A stretch of 62,350 nt of DNA, taken from a bacterium (GTDB taxonomy: Bacteria > Verrucomicrobiota > Kiritimatiellia > RFP12 > UBA1067). The notes below the pieces were generated by a model that saw nothing but the letters and a program-made list of their open reading frames with translations, made no database searches and was not told the origin of the DNA. Position numbers and translations under genes: made by a program. This document shows positions 1-9,647 of this stretch, one piece after another. Where the stretch lies: the NCBI GenBank assembly GCA_025360845.1, contig JANYBJ010000239.1:1-62350 (forward strand). Reading direction: 5' to 3'. Each line of letters begins with the position of its first letter. The stretch's first letter is position 1.

Positions 1-1644
1 CACGCCGTTCACCGTGGCACCGCTGTTGTTGCCGAAATCGAGCAACTGAACGTAGTTCCTCCCTGCGGAAATCTTGGACGCACCGGCGGCTCCCGTGGAA
101 ACAACCGAGTCACTGTCCGCCACAGTCGTGATGTTCCCGGCGCCGGAAAGGCCGGCGATCGTCTGATTGGCGCCGCTCCAGATTTCCCACGTCGCACCGG
201 GAGCGATGGAGACCGTGCCGGGGCCCGTCGCATGGCTCGCGACCGACTTCAGGGTGCCGCCATTGATGATTGTGCCGCCGCTATAGGTGTTCGTCCCGAA
301 AAGCGTCTGCGTGCCAGGCCCCTTTTTGACCAAGGCGATATCGCCGTCGATCGAGCCCTCGAACCGGTGATTTTGGGCATCGCCGGTGGTGATGGCGGTG
401 AGCGTCGCACTGTAGATGCTGGCACTAGGGGACGCATCAGTGAGGTCTTCAAGGGTCGCCCCATACCAGTGAAAGGTGTTCCCGGCGTTCAGAGGGTACA
501 TCGCGATCGACGCCGTCGCGGCGGTGGCTTTGAACCTATAGGCGTAATACCCTAAGTGCCCCGGATCAGTGTCGTACATCGCCTGACTTTCCGCGCCGTT
601 GGTGAAAATCGCTTTTTCCTCACGCATGCCCCAGCCTGGATCACTGAAAATCACGGCTTCATAAATTCTTCCAACGGTGAGGTTGCTGAACGTAAGAACG
701 CCTGGGTTACCGTTGTAATAAAAATATTTCAAAAGAAGACCGTACCCACTGTCACCGCTGCTGCCGCCGCCGGCATGATCTAAAGTGACGCCGGTGAGCG
801 ACCATCCCACGCTGGCGGGCGCGGGTCCCGTTCCGGTGAGTCCCGCGGCGGTGAAGTAAACGCCGTTCACCATTGCAGCTTCGCCAGGATTATCGAAGTC
901 GAGCTTAAGGACATAGTTTTTGCTCGCGGAAATCTGGGCCGCGCCATCTGTTCCGGTGTAGACGGTGCCTCCGCTCTCGTTCCGAATCTGCCCCGTACCG
1001 TTAAGGCCGGCAACGGCCTGTCTGTCGGCTCCGAGCAGCCATGTGGTGCCGGAAGCGAGGCACAGCAGGCCAGAGCCGACCGCATCGACAGTCTTCGATC
1101 TCAAGGTCCCTCCGTTGAGATACGTTGCGCCGTTGTATTGACCGGACTGTGCCATCACGACCGTGCCGGCACCGTTGATGGTGACGCTGGCGCCCGAGAA
1201 GGTGTTGTCGTCCTGGTTGATCCGCCCGTTGAAAGTCAGCGTCTTGCCCGCCGCAACGACAAAGGTTTGGTTATTCCAAGCGTTCAAATCGGCGTTGAAA
1301 GTGAGGTTCGCTCCGATCACCGTGATGGGGGCTTCGTTCTTAGGCAATTTGATGCCCGAGATGGCGATGTCGGTGGCGCAACTGCCGTCCACGGTGAATG
1401 CGTTGTGCCCTTGGTAGCTGTTGTTATTAACGCTGCCGTTGACAATGCCGGAGCTGAAGAAAGCGCTGTTCCAGTTGCCCGCGACTAAGCCGGTCACCCA
1501 ATTGGCGGCATTCAACCAGTTGTTGTCCGTGCCGCCACCGGTCCATGTGCCATCCTGCTGCGCAAGGGCCGATCCGACGAAACCGGCTGTCAGCGCGACC
1601 GCCAGTGTGCATGTCCGAGTGATTCCTTGACTGCTTTGTTTCAT
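1..1644 (-). CDS. Autotransporter-associated beta-strand repeat surface protein; 3' end lies outside the window; paralog of 1671..4547
   Basis: Not in the ORF track because it has no stop in the window. Manual translation from ATG at 1644 (AAGGAG upstream) is open to base 1: MKQSSQGITRTCTLAVALTAGFVGSALAQQDGTWTGGGTDNNW..., with repeats LVKKGPGTQTLFGTNTYSGGTIINGGTL. Confidence 0.9.
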   Translation of the reverse strand, partial: MKQSSQGITRTCTLAVALTAGFVGSALAQQDGTWTGGGTDNNWLNAANWVTGLVAGNWNSAFFSSGIVNGSVNNNSYQGHNAFTVDGSCATDIAISGIKLPKNEAPITVIGANLTFNADLNAWNNQTFVVAAGKTLTFNGRINQDDNTFSGASVTINGAGTVVMAQSGQYNGATYLNGGTLRSKTVDAVGSGLLCLASGTTWLLGADRQAVAGLNGTGQIRNESGGTVYTGTDGAAQISASKNYVLKLDFDNPGEAAMVNGVYFTAAGLTGTGPAPASVGWSLTGVTLDHAGGGSSGDSGYGLLLKYFYYNGNPGVLTFSNLTVGRIYEAVIFSDPGWGMREEKAIFTNGAESQAMYDTDPGHLGYYAYRFKATAATASIAMYPLNAGNTFHWYGATLEDLTDASPSASIYSATLTAITTGDAQNHRFEGSIDGDIALVKKGPGTQTLFGTNTYSGGTIINGGTLKSVASHATGPGTVSIAPGATWEIWSGANQTIAGLSGAGNITTVADSDSVVSTGAAGASKISAGRNYVQLLDFGNNSGATVNGV

Positions 1645-1670
1645 ATACAGGATCTCCTTCCAATCGAGTT

Positions 1671-4547
1671 CTACAAGAGTATAATCATCGTGCCGGAAAA
1701 CTTTCCGTTCAACACATTCAGCATACCTGTTCCGGTAAACCAGTTGGCATGCGGATACATGGCGCCGCTGCCGACTGCGCCGTGTGTTCCAGGTTGTTTT
1801 TCGTTTCCGTCGAAATACAGCCGGGAAACGGTTTGCGTCGTGCCCCCGAGGTCCAGCCAGGCGCCGAACGCGATCGACACCGTCGAGTTGGTAGACAGGC
1901 TGCCCCCGATTCCGCTGAGGGATGAGATGCCGTCAACGGCGGTGGCCGAATCGCCCCCTACCTTATCACCTGCAAAGGCCAGCGTGTGGGTTCCGGCATT
2001 GATTTTGGCGAACGCGGTAAACGTCTGGAACATCCCTTGCGAATTGAACGCGCTGGCCGGGAAGCTGCTGCTGATCACACCGTCAACCATGAGATTGAGG
2101 CCCGAGGCTGAAAAGCCCGGACGGTTGGCCGCCTTGAACGTCAGCTTGTACGTCCCTGAAGCCGCCACCGTGACCGCCTGCGAAATGACGCCGTAGTTCT
2201 GAATATAGGCGGCATAAGAGCCGTCAAGGGCAGCGCCGGTGGCCACCCAGGGCGTGCCAGGGGCGGCAATGCCGGAGGTCGTGTCGAACGTCCACGTCGC
2301 GCCGGTCGGATTGTAGCCCCAGGTCCCGTTGGCCAGGGCGTCGTGCGTCTCGAACGACGCGTTGTCAAGGGTGACCGTGCCCTCCGGCGGCGAAGGCAAC
2401 TCCAGTTTCAGCGTTCCGTCGTTGACGGTGGTGGAACCGGTGTACGCGACCGGCCCGGCGAGCGTTTGCGTGCCGCTTCCCTGCTTCACCAACGAGACGG
2501 CGCCGTTGATCGCGCCCTCGAACCGGCGGTTTTGGGCATCGCCGAGGGTGAGCGTCACGCCGTTGGTGAACAGGTTGACCGCGGCGGGCGGAAGCGCTTC
2601 CAGGCTGGCGGCGAACCAGTGGAACGAGTTCCCGGGGTTAATCGGGACCATGGTGACCGTCGCCGTTTCGGCTTTCGCCTCGAACTGATAAGAGTAATAC
2701 CCGACGGTCCCCGGATCGGTGTTGATCAGTTGGATGCTGTCAGGGCCATTGGCGAACGTCGCATTCTGCCAGCGGTAACCCCAGACGCCTATTTTGGTAT
2801 AGAGCACGATGTCGTAGCACTTGCCGATGGTGAGGTTGTAGAACGTGAGCACGCCGGGGTTGCCTCCATAGAGGAAGTCCGACATCAGTTGATCGTACCC
2901 GCTGCCGCCATCGGCGAAGTAGGGCGCGGTCGCTCCTCCGAGCAACCAGCCCGTGCCGCTGTTGTTGCTCACGTTGTCGAACGTCACTCCGTTCACCTCT
3001 GCGCCTGCGCCATTACCGAAGTCGAGCTTTTGGATGTAGTTCTTGCCGATGGAAATCTGGGCCGCCCCGTCAGCGCCGGTGGACACAGCGCCGCTGAACG
3101 CCTCAACCGTACCGGCGCCGGAAAGGCCGGCAACGGTCTGATGGGCGCCGTCCCAGATTTTCCACGTCGCACCGGAAGCGACGTCGACCGCGCCGGCGCC
3201 GACCGCGCCGGACGCGGTTGTCGTCAAGGTGCCGGCCTTGACCGCAGTGCCGCCGGCGTAGGGGTTCGCCGCGGCGAGCGTCTGCACACCGGAGCCCTGT
3301 TTGACCAGCGAGGTGTCGCCGTCGATCAGCCCCTCGAAGCGGTAGTCATTGGCATTGCCGACGGTCAGCGGAGGCGACAGTTCCAGCGTCGCCCCGTACC
3401 AGTGATACGTGGCCGCAGTGAGAGGGGCCATGGTGACCGTCACCGTAGGGTCGGTCGCCAGGAACGCGTACGCGTAATAGCCGTTGTCCCCCGGATTGGT
3501 GTTGAGCATCTGGTGGCTGTCCGAGCCGTTGGTGAAGGTCGCATTCTGCGGGCGATAGCCCCAGCCGGGACTCGAAAAAACCACGACCTCGTACGTCCTG
3601 CCGACAATGAGGCCGTTGAACGTGAGCGTGCCCGTGCCTCCGTAATAGAAGCCTGACAGCAGCCGTCCGTAACCTGTTTGGCCGGGATCTTCGTTGAAAA
3701 TATTCGCCGTGCCGGTCAGCGACCAGCCCGGACCGCTGGTGCCGACTCCGGAGAACTTAACTCCGTTGACGGTGGCGCCGCCGCCGCCGTTGGGTTCGAA
3801 GTCGAGGGCGTAGACATAGTTCTTGCTGGCGGAAATCTGGGTCGAACCGTCAGGACCGGTGGACAGTACTCCATTGCTGATGCGTGTCACGTGACCCGCA
3901 CCGGCCAGCCCGCCGACGGTCTGGCGGGCTGGGCTGCGATCCCATGTCGTGCCGGCGCCGACGGTCATCGGGCCGGGGCCGATCCCGTTGGCCGTAAGGG
4001 TCTTCAAGGTGCCGCCGTTGAGGATGGTTCCGCCTGTGTAGAGGCCGGCTCTCGTCATCACGACCGTTCCTTCACCGTTCATGGTGACGCTGGAACCGGT
4101 GGCGTTGCCTTCATCCTGGTTAATCCGCGCGTTGAAGGTCAGCGTCTTGCCGGCTGCCACGACAAACGTTTGAGGACTCCACGCGTTCAAATCCGTGTTG
4201 AACGTGAGATTCGCCCCTGTCACCGTGATGGGGGCTTCGTCCTTGGGAATTTTAATTCCGCCGATCGCGATGTCCATCGGGCAACTGGCGTCCACCGTGA
4301 TCGCACGGTGCCCTTGGTAGCTGTTGTTATTAACGCTGCCGTTGACAACGCCGGAGCTAAACAAAGCGCTGTTCCAGTTGCCCGCGACTACGCCGTCCAC
4401 CCAGTTGGCGGCATTCAACCAGTTGTTGTCCGTGCCGCCACCGGTCCATGTGCCATCCTGCTGCGCGAGGGCCGACCCGACGAAACCGGCTGTCAGCGCG
4501 ACCGCCAGTGTGCCTATCCGATTGATGCCTTGACCGATCTGTTTCAT
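1671..4547 (-). CDS. Secreted autotransporter-associated beta-strand repeat protein (958 aa) with no C-terminal beta-barrel
   Basis: Signal peptide ending SALA. Three passenger-associated repeats (GEGTVVMTRAGLYTGGTILNGGTL, LVKQGSGVQTLAAANPYAGGTAVKAGTL, LVKQGSGTQTLAGPVAYTGSTTVNDGTL). AAGGAG RBS upstream. Confidence 0.88.
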   Translation of the reverse strand: MKQIGQGINRIGTLAVALTAGFVGSALAQQDGTWTGGGTDNNWLNAANWVDGVVAGNWNSALFSSGVVNGSVNNNSYQGHRAITVDASCPMDIAIGGIKIPKDEAPITVTGANLTFNTDLNAWSPQTFVVAAGKTLTFNARINQDEGNATGSSVTMNGEGTVVMTRAGLYTGGTILNGGTLKTLTANGIGPGPMTVGAGTTWDRSPARQTVGGLAGAGHVTRISNGVLSTGPDGSTQISASKNYVYALDFEPNGGGGATVNGVKFSGVGTSGPGWSLTGTANIFNEDPGQTGYGRLLSGFYYGGTGTLTFNGLIVGRTYEVVVFSSPGWGYRPQNATFTNGSDSHQMLNTNPGDNGYYAYAFLATDPTVTVTMAPLTAATYHWYGATLELSPPLTVGNANDYRFEGLIDGDTSLVKQGSGVQTLAAANPYAGGTAVKAGTLTTTASGAVGAGAVDVASGATWKIWDGAHQTVAGLSGAGTVEAFSGAVSTGADGAAQISIGKNYIQKLDFGNGAGAEVNGVTFDNVSNNSGTGWLLGGATAPYFADGGSGYDQLMSDFLYGGNPGVLTFYNLTIGKCYDIVLYTKIGVWGYRWQNATFANGPDSIQLINTDPGTVGYYSYQFEAKAETATVTMVPINPGNSFHWFAASLEALPPAAVNLFTNGVTLTLGDAQNRRFEGAINGAVSLVKQGSGTQTLAGPVAYTGSTTVNDGTLKLELPSPPEGTVTLDNASFETHDALANGTWGYNPTGATWTFDTTSGIAAPGTPWVATGAALDGSYAAYIQNYGVISQAVTVAASGTYKLTFKAANRPGFSASGLNLMVDGVISSSFPASAFNSQGMFQTFTAFAKINAGTHTLAFAGDKVGGDSATAVDGISSLSGIGGSLSTNSTVSIAFGAWLDLGGTTQTVSRLYFDGNEKQPGTHGAVGSGAMYPHANWFTGTGMLNVLNGKFSGTMIILL

Positions 4548-4570
4548 ATGCAGACTCTCCTTGCAACGTG

Positions 4571-4576
4571 ATTATA
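4571..4576 (-). promoter_or_regulatory. Candidate -10 box (TATAAT) for the surface-protein genes
   Basis: ATTATA on + strand reads TATAAT on -, ~25 nt upstream of the 4547 ATG. No good -35 box. Confidence 0.45.
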
Positions 4577-4651
4577 CGCACTCCAAACAGGAAACACTCC
4601 TATCCATTTATTAACCACGACTATAACGCTATAGTCACTGAAAAGTCGATG

Positions 4652-4685
4652 CACTTTTTGACCAAACTTTTACACTTTTTGACCA
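4652..4685. repeat. Perfect 13-bp direct repeat CACTTTTTGACCA x2 with 21-bp period; candidate operator
   Basis: Copies at 4652-4664 and 4673-4685 in an AT-rich intergenic region. Confidence 0.75.
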
Positions 4686-4836
4686 GCATCTGACGGGAAT
4701 ATATAAATATTCTTATGTAGCGACGTTATCAGATCAATTATTATAGGGCACAAAAAAAGCAGATACTGCCTGATTTCCCCGGCAATATGACCAAAGTTTT
4801 GCCACGAACATCAGAGCATTATAAATGAACGGCCCC

Positions 4837-6024
4837 TCACCACGCCCGGCACAGCAACCCTTTGAGATAGAGCCCTTCGGGGAAGCACAGCCCTTCAGGG
4901 TGGTCCTCGGCCTGCTGCAGACGCGTGGTCACCTGAATGTCGCGCTTGGCGTCGACCGCCGCGTCCGCGACCACTTTGTGGAACAGCGCGGGCGTCATCA
5001 GCCCCGAGCACGAGAACGTCGCCAGCAGCCCTCCGGGCCGCAGCAGCTTGATGCCCAGCAGGTTGATGTCCTTGTAGCCGCGCGCGGCTTTCATGAGGCT
5101 GCCCTTGGACTCGGCGAACTTGGGCGGATCCAAGATCACCAGATCGAAGGAACGGCCCTCGTCACGAAACTTGCGCAGCACCTCGAAAACATTGCCTTGG
5201 ATGAAACTCGACTCTTCCACATGGCAGGTGTTCAGCCCGGTGTTGGTTTTGGCCAACTCCAGCGAAGGGGCCGACAAATCCACGTGGGTCACCGAAGCCG
5301 CGGCGGCGGCCACCGCCGCGATGCCGAAACCGCCCGTATAGGAAAAGGCGTTGAGCACGTCGCAACCGTTCGCATAGCGTTTGACCAGATTGCGGTTGTC
5401 GCGCTGGTCAAGGTAGAAGCCCGTCTTGTGGCCCTCGCGCACATCCACCAGATAGCGGCAGCCGTTCTCGACGATCTCGATCCGCTCCGGCGGAGGCTCG
5501 CCCGCCAGCACGCCGGTCACCGGCGGGAGTCCCTCGTGCTCGCGCACGTCCACGTCGGAGCGCTCGTACACGCCGCGGCAAGGCGAGAAGCACTGCAAGG
5601 CCGCCACGATCTCGCGTTTCCACCTCTCTGTCCCCGCCGCCGTGAACTGACAAACGATCCATTCGCCATACCTGTCCGCGACCAGCCCCGGGACGCCGTC
5701 CGCCTCGGCGTTCACCAGGCGGAACGCGTTGGTCGCGCCCTCGGCCAAAAACACTGCCCGAGCGCCGACCGCACGTCCGATCCGGTCCGCCACAAACCCC
5801 TCGTCCACGACCGCCGACGGATCGAACGTCCACATGCGGACACGGATCTGTGAGGTCGGCGAATAGGCCCCGTAACCCAGCACCGTGCCGTCGGACGACA
5901 GCACGCGCACGGAGTCGCCCTGGGCCGGCGTGCCGTCCACCTTGGCGACGGCTCCCGAAAAGATCCACGGGTGGCGCCGCAACACGGAAAAATCGCGCTT
6001 GGGATGCAGGATAAGATCAGTCAT
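4837..6024 (-). CDS. rlmI: 23S rRNA m5C1962 methyltransferase RlmI-like (class I SAM-dependent)
   Basis: PUA-type N-terminus HPWIFSGA, then HKTGFYLDQRDNR, LNAFSYTGGF, DPPKF and EGLYLKG. Start may be 6024 or 6030. Confidence 0.88.
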   Translation of the reverse strand: MTDLILHPKRDFSVLRRHPWIFSGAVAKVDGTPAQGDSVRVLSSDGTVLGYGAYSPTSQIRVRMWTFDPSAVVDEGFVADRIGRAVGARAVFLAEGATNAFRLVNAEADGVPGLVADRYGEWIVCQFTAAGTERWKREIVAALQCFSPCRGVYERSDVDVREHEGLPPVTGVLAGEPPPERIEIVENGCRYLVDVREGHKTGFYLDQRDNRNLVKRYANGCDVLNAFSYTGGFGIAAVAAAAASVTHVDLSAPSLELAKTNTGLNTCHVEESSFIQGNVFEVLRKFRDEGRSFDLVILDPPKFAESKGSLMKAARGYKDINLLGIKLLRPGGLLATFSCSGLMTPALFHKVVADAAVDAKRDIQVTTRLQQAEDHPEGLCFPEGLYLKGLLCRAW

Positions 6025-6095
6025 GCACATTATTTAACCACACTTCCCCCTGCCGCAAAAGCAGGAATGAACAACGTGCGACCCACGTTTTCCGT

Positions 6096-7349
6096 TCAGC
6101 GGCGCGTCGGCAGGACATCGGGGAACGGCTGGCGCGACCGGAACAGGCGGGTCGCCTCGCCGGTCAGCCACAGGTAGTGGTCGGACGGCAAGGTTCCGTA
6201 ACTCAGATAGGTGAAGCCATCACCCTTGGGCGGCGCGTTGTTGATCTTGAAGATCTGCGTGCCCTCGTCCACCTCGTCAAACATCGCCACATAGACGCAA
6301 CCAACACCCGCACGCTTGGCGGCCGCGAACTGCGACCACAGGAACACGCCGTCGCGGCGCGGGATGCCATTGCTCGCGCCCATCAAATTGCCCCAACTGA
6401 AGCCCGGAAAGACCACCGGCATGAAGGTCAGCCCGTTCTCGCGACACCACTCCGCATCCTCGCGCCAGACCGCCTCGGCACGCTGCACGCCCGCCTCGTC
6501 GCCGAACCGCCCGACGCTCCACGAGTGGATGATGTCGGCCTTGCGCAGGACCGCGTGCAGACGCTCGTCCGCCACCGTGTCGGTTTTCAGCGAGCGCCAA
6601 TAGAAAGGCACGCCCAACAGCACCGCATAGCCCTCTCCTTTGAAGAAATTGACCAGCCGTTCGCAGGCATCGAGCCCGTATTGGCGGTTGTCGTTGAACC
6701 CCATGCCCCAAAGCGCGATGATGGGCTTGCCTTTGTGACACTGCCACGCCACATCATTCGTTACGCACACCACGCCCGTTCCGACCAGATGCCGCCAGTC
6801 GGCCATCACCACCGCGTCGGCGTTGCTACCGAGGCCGGAGAGATCGTACAGCAGCGAATAGGAGCGCCCGCTCTCGGCCGCCGCCTCGCGGCAATAGCCC
6901 AGCACGCGGTCGCCCGAAGCGCGGAACGGCGCGGGCGCGAGGTCGCGGCCATAGAAGTCGGTCGGGAAGCGCTGCACGAACACGCCGTCGATCCCGTACT
7001 GCCGCATCCAGGCGAAGTGGCGGTTGACGGTGTTGCGGTTGTCGGAAGAGACGACCTCGGCGACGCCGCCATCCGCGCACGCCAGCGGCAGGCGGCAACG
7101 CTCCTCCGCTTTGACTTCGGAGACGTCGGGGAGGTAGTCGTTGACCGGCAGCCACGCGCCGCCGCGCTGGCGCAGGTAGTGGCGCCAGCCCGCCTTGGCC
7201 TGATCGTCGGGCGTGCGGAACCAGCCCTGATAGCCGCACAGCACACGCCCGTCGAGCGAGGGGTAAAGCGGAGGCGCCCCCGTCGCGGCCTGCGTTGCCG
7301 CAGTGCTGAAAACAAAGACGAGTGCTGCCCATATCGTTGTCTGAACCAT
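6096..7349 (-). CDS. Secreted glycoside hydrolase, GH71/99-like
   Basis: Signal peptide; motifs VLCGYQGWF, WMRQYGIDGVFVQRF, PVVFPGFSW.NL and YVAMFDEVDEGT. Confidence 0.75.
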   Translation of the reverse strand: MVQTTIWAALVFVFSTAATQAATGAPPLYPSLDGRVLCGYQGWFRTPDDQAKAGWRHYLRQRGGAWLPVNDYLPDVSEVKAEERCRLPLACADGGVAEVVSSDNRNTVNRHFAWMRQYGIDGVFVQRFPTDFYGRDLAPAPFRASGDRVLGYCREAAAESGRSYSLLYDLSGLGSNADAVVMADWRHLVGTGVVCVTNDVAWQCHKGKPIIALWGMGFNDNRQYGLDACERLVNFFKGEGYAVLLGVPFYWRSLKTDTVADERLHAVLRKADIIHSWSVGRFGDEAGVQRAEAVWREDAEWCRENGLTFMPVVFPGFSWGNLMGASNGIPRRDGVFLWSQFAAAKRAGVGCVYVAMFDEVDEGTQIFKINNAPPKGDGFTYLSYGTLPSDHYLWLTGEATRLFRSRQPFPDVLPTRR

Positions 7350-7552
7350 AGGTGACTTTCCCGCCTAACCGGCGTGTTACTTTCAGATACTTTAGCGGAT
7401 TTTCGTTACGAAGTCCGCCGGAATATAAATGAGGGCCGCCAGTCCCCCTTCAGTCAGGAAACAGGCGACCCCAAGGTCGTGATTGCGGAACAGACTCTGC
7501 CGCGAGGCAATATGATGGACTATCTGGTTATAAAAGGCCGTGCTCCCACGCT

Positions 7553-9577
7553 TCAGTAAACCTGAATCAACGTGCCCTTGTGGTCTTCCCACCCGTAGAG
7601 TTCGAGTTCCGTGATGTTGCCGTAGAAGTCGCCCGAATCCTTCGTCACGAAAATGTAGCGGAAGGCTTCCGAGCTGGTGGTCGACACCGTCGCGTAGACG
7701 CCAGCCACGCCGCCGCTGAAGGTGGCCAATGTCGTGTAAGGCGAGAGTGTCGCGCTGTTCGAGCCGCGCAATTCCGCGCCATTCGCGCGATATTCGAGTC
7801 CTGCGCGGGCACTGAACCTCACATGCCCGATGCAGTAGCGCTTGCCCAAGTCAACGCCGACCGAACTGTTACCAGGAGACACATCAGGGAAGGAGCTGAG
7901 GTCGCCGTCGAACATACGGTCGACTCCCAAGCCGAAATTGACAGTCCCGGCCGTGATCAGGCTCATGCCCGGCTTGACCGCAGTCCGATTGTCCCAACTC
8001 CGCTCAAGCCATTCGCAGCGGCGGTAGGAGACCGCATCCGAGAGCGGCCCCTCGCTGCCGTCACGGGAGTCGAGCGCGCACACTTTGTAGTAGTTCAGTT
8101 TGCCGACCTGTGCGCCGGTGTCGGTCCAGGTGCGACCGCTGACGCCGGACGCGACCGCGGTGTAAGGGCCGCCGGGGGAGGTGGCGCGATACACCCGGCC
8201 GACATCGAGGTTCAGCGAGGCGAACGTCCAGGTCAGGACAGGATAGTCATTTGTCAGGAGAGGATTGTAATTTGGAGAGAGCGCCGAGGTGATCGTCAGG
8301 CTGCTCGGAGCGAGCGGGGCTTCCGGAGCAAGGTCATACTCAAGTTCCCCTGCGTTGCCCCAGCCGCCAGGCGGCGAAACATAACGGACGTACCGGTAAG
8401 GTCCTACAGGAGATGCTAATGCGTATTCGGCCATGCCCGCGAAGCCGGGAGCCGAGGGAATGGTGTAAAGGGTGACGGCCCCGGTAAAGTCGGCGTTGTC
8501 TGCGGCTTCGAACCGTCCTCCGACCATACGCCCAGGCCCTCCATCCCAACCCTCCGGTATTCTTCGCGGCGTGTAACGGACGCCGGTGATGGTGCGTGGT
8601 GTGCCAAGGTCCAGCGCGGCCCAAGGCGCGTCGCCAGACCCTATGCCCCAATAGGTGTCAAGGAAAGTCTCGCAATCCGAATCGTACAACTTGTCGCTGG
8701 TGTACGGCGTATAACCCGACGCGCCAAAAGGTGTGCCGACTGCGGCGTTACGTGCGGAGGCCGTAAAGGTGTACCACTCCGAAGCGCCGACGTTGTTGAG
8801 CGCCCGCACGCGATACCTCGTGTCTGCGAGAAGCGTCTGCGTGTCGCGCCAGTTGGCGATGCCGGTGTTTTTGTAGAAGTCGGTCAAGAGCGTCGTGTAC
8901 TCGGACTCGTCCGACCGTTTGCGCTGAACCTCATACGCCAGCGCATCCGCCGCGACTGTCCAGAGCAGATTGGCATGCCAGTTCGGGCTTCCCGTGAACG
9001 TCATCACCGGTGTCGTCGGCGCACTGGCCAGGGGGTCGATGCCGTAGAACTCGACCTCTCCGGCATTCCCGCCATAAGAGCCCCAAGCCGTGGCGATAAA
9101 GCGCAGGTAGGTAAAGGCCCTGAGTGCGTTTGTCGTGGTTAGCGTGACGTCAATCCAGGTGGTGCCGTTCCAACCGGGAGGCGTCACATGCGAATAGAGT
9201 GTCACCGCGTCGCTGAAATCCGCCGTGTTCGCACCCTGGAAGAGCACACCGATGAAGCGGTCGGAAACCTGTCCGTCGGGTCGGCCGATGTAACGGATGC
9301 GGGTGACGATCTTGGGGGTCTGAAGCCCGTAGCCGGCCCAGGCGTTCTGATGGACCGGCCATGTGTCATTGAAGGTAGCCGTGTCCCCGTCAAAGGGTTT
9401 GTCAGGGTTGTGCGCGGCATCAAACCCCGGTGTGCCGAGTGCGACCAGCGCACCGGAGGCGTTGGTCACCGCAAACTGGGTCAGCTTCGTGGCTGTCCAG
9501 TTCTGTGCCCGGACCGCTGTGAACGGTATCAGGCTGAAACAGGCTGCCAGCGCAGCCATAATCCGATAGTTTCTCAT
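7553..9577 (-). CDS. Secreted multidomain protein with discoidin (F5/8 type C)-like and FN3-like modules
   Basis: Likely start MRNYRIMAALAACF at 9577 (the track extends to 9721). Repeated FDGD.....D...LDLG....RY..R....G..F.G.N pattern and FN3-type W...YEVQR / YYKV segments. Confidence 0.75.
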   Translation of the reverse strand: MRNYRIMAALAACFSLIPFTAVRAQNWTATKLTQFAVTNASGALVALGTPGFDAAHNPDKPFDGDTATFNDTWPVHQNAWAGYGLQTPKIVTRIRYIGRPDGQVSDRFIGVLFQGANTADFSDAVTLYSHVTPPGWNGTTWIDVTLTTTNALRAFTYLRFIATAWGSYGGNAGEVEFYGIDPLASAPTTPVMTFTGSPNWHANLLWTVAADALAYEVQRKRSDESEYTTLLTDFYKNTGIANWRDTQTLLADTRYRVRALNNVGASEWYTFTASARNAAVGTPFGASGYTPYTSDKLYDSDCETFLDTYWGIGSGDAPWAALDLGTPRTITGVRYTPRRIPEGWDGGPGRMVGGRFEAADNADFTGAVTLYTIPSAPGFAGMAEYALASPVGPYRYVRYVSPPGGWGNAGELEYDLAPEAPLAPSSLTITSALSPNYNPLLTNDYPVLTWTFASLNLDVGRVYRATSPGGPYTAVASGVSGRTWTDTGAQVGKLNYYKVCALDSRDGSEGPLSDAVSYRRCEWLERSWDNRTAVKPGMSLITAGTVNFGLGVDRMFDGDLSSFPDVSPGNSSVGVDLGKRYCIGHVRFSARAGLEYRANGAELRGSNSATLSPYTTLATFSGGVAGVYATVSTTSSEAFRYIFVTKDSGDFYGNITELELYGWEDHKGTLIQVY

Positions 9578-9647
9578 TTTTTGTTCCTTTTTTTCATAGG
9601 CAGTGCCCACACGGGCACTAACCAACAGGGTTCGCACGGAAGGCCGG

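Noticed and set aside
1671-4547. Classical type Va autotransporter
   Set aside because: Passenger-type repeats are present, but there is no ~280-aa C-terminal beta-barrel or terminal aromatic residue.
7374-7559. 61-aa plus-strand ORF between two minus-strand genes
   Set aside because: TTG-type start, no RBS or motif; it cannot be distinguished from intergenic DNA. No riboswitch consensus was recognised there either.
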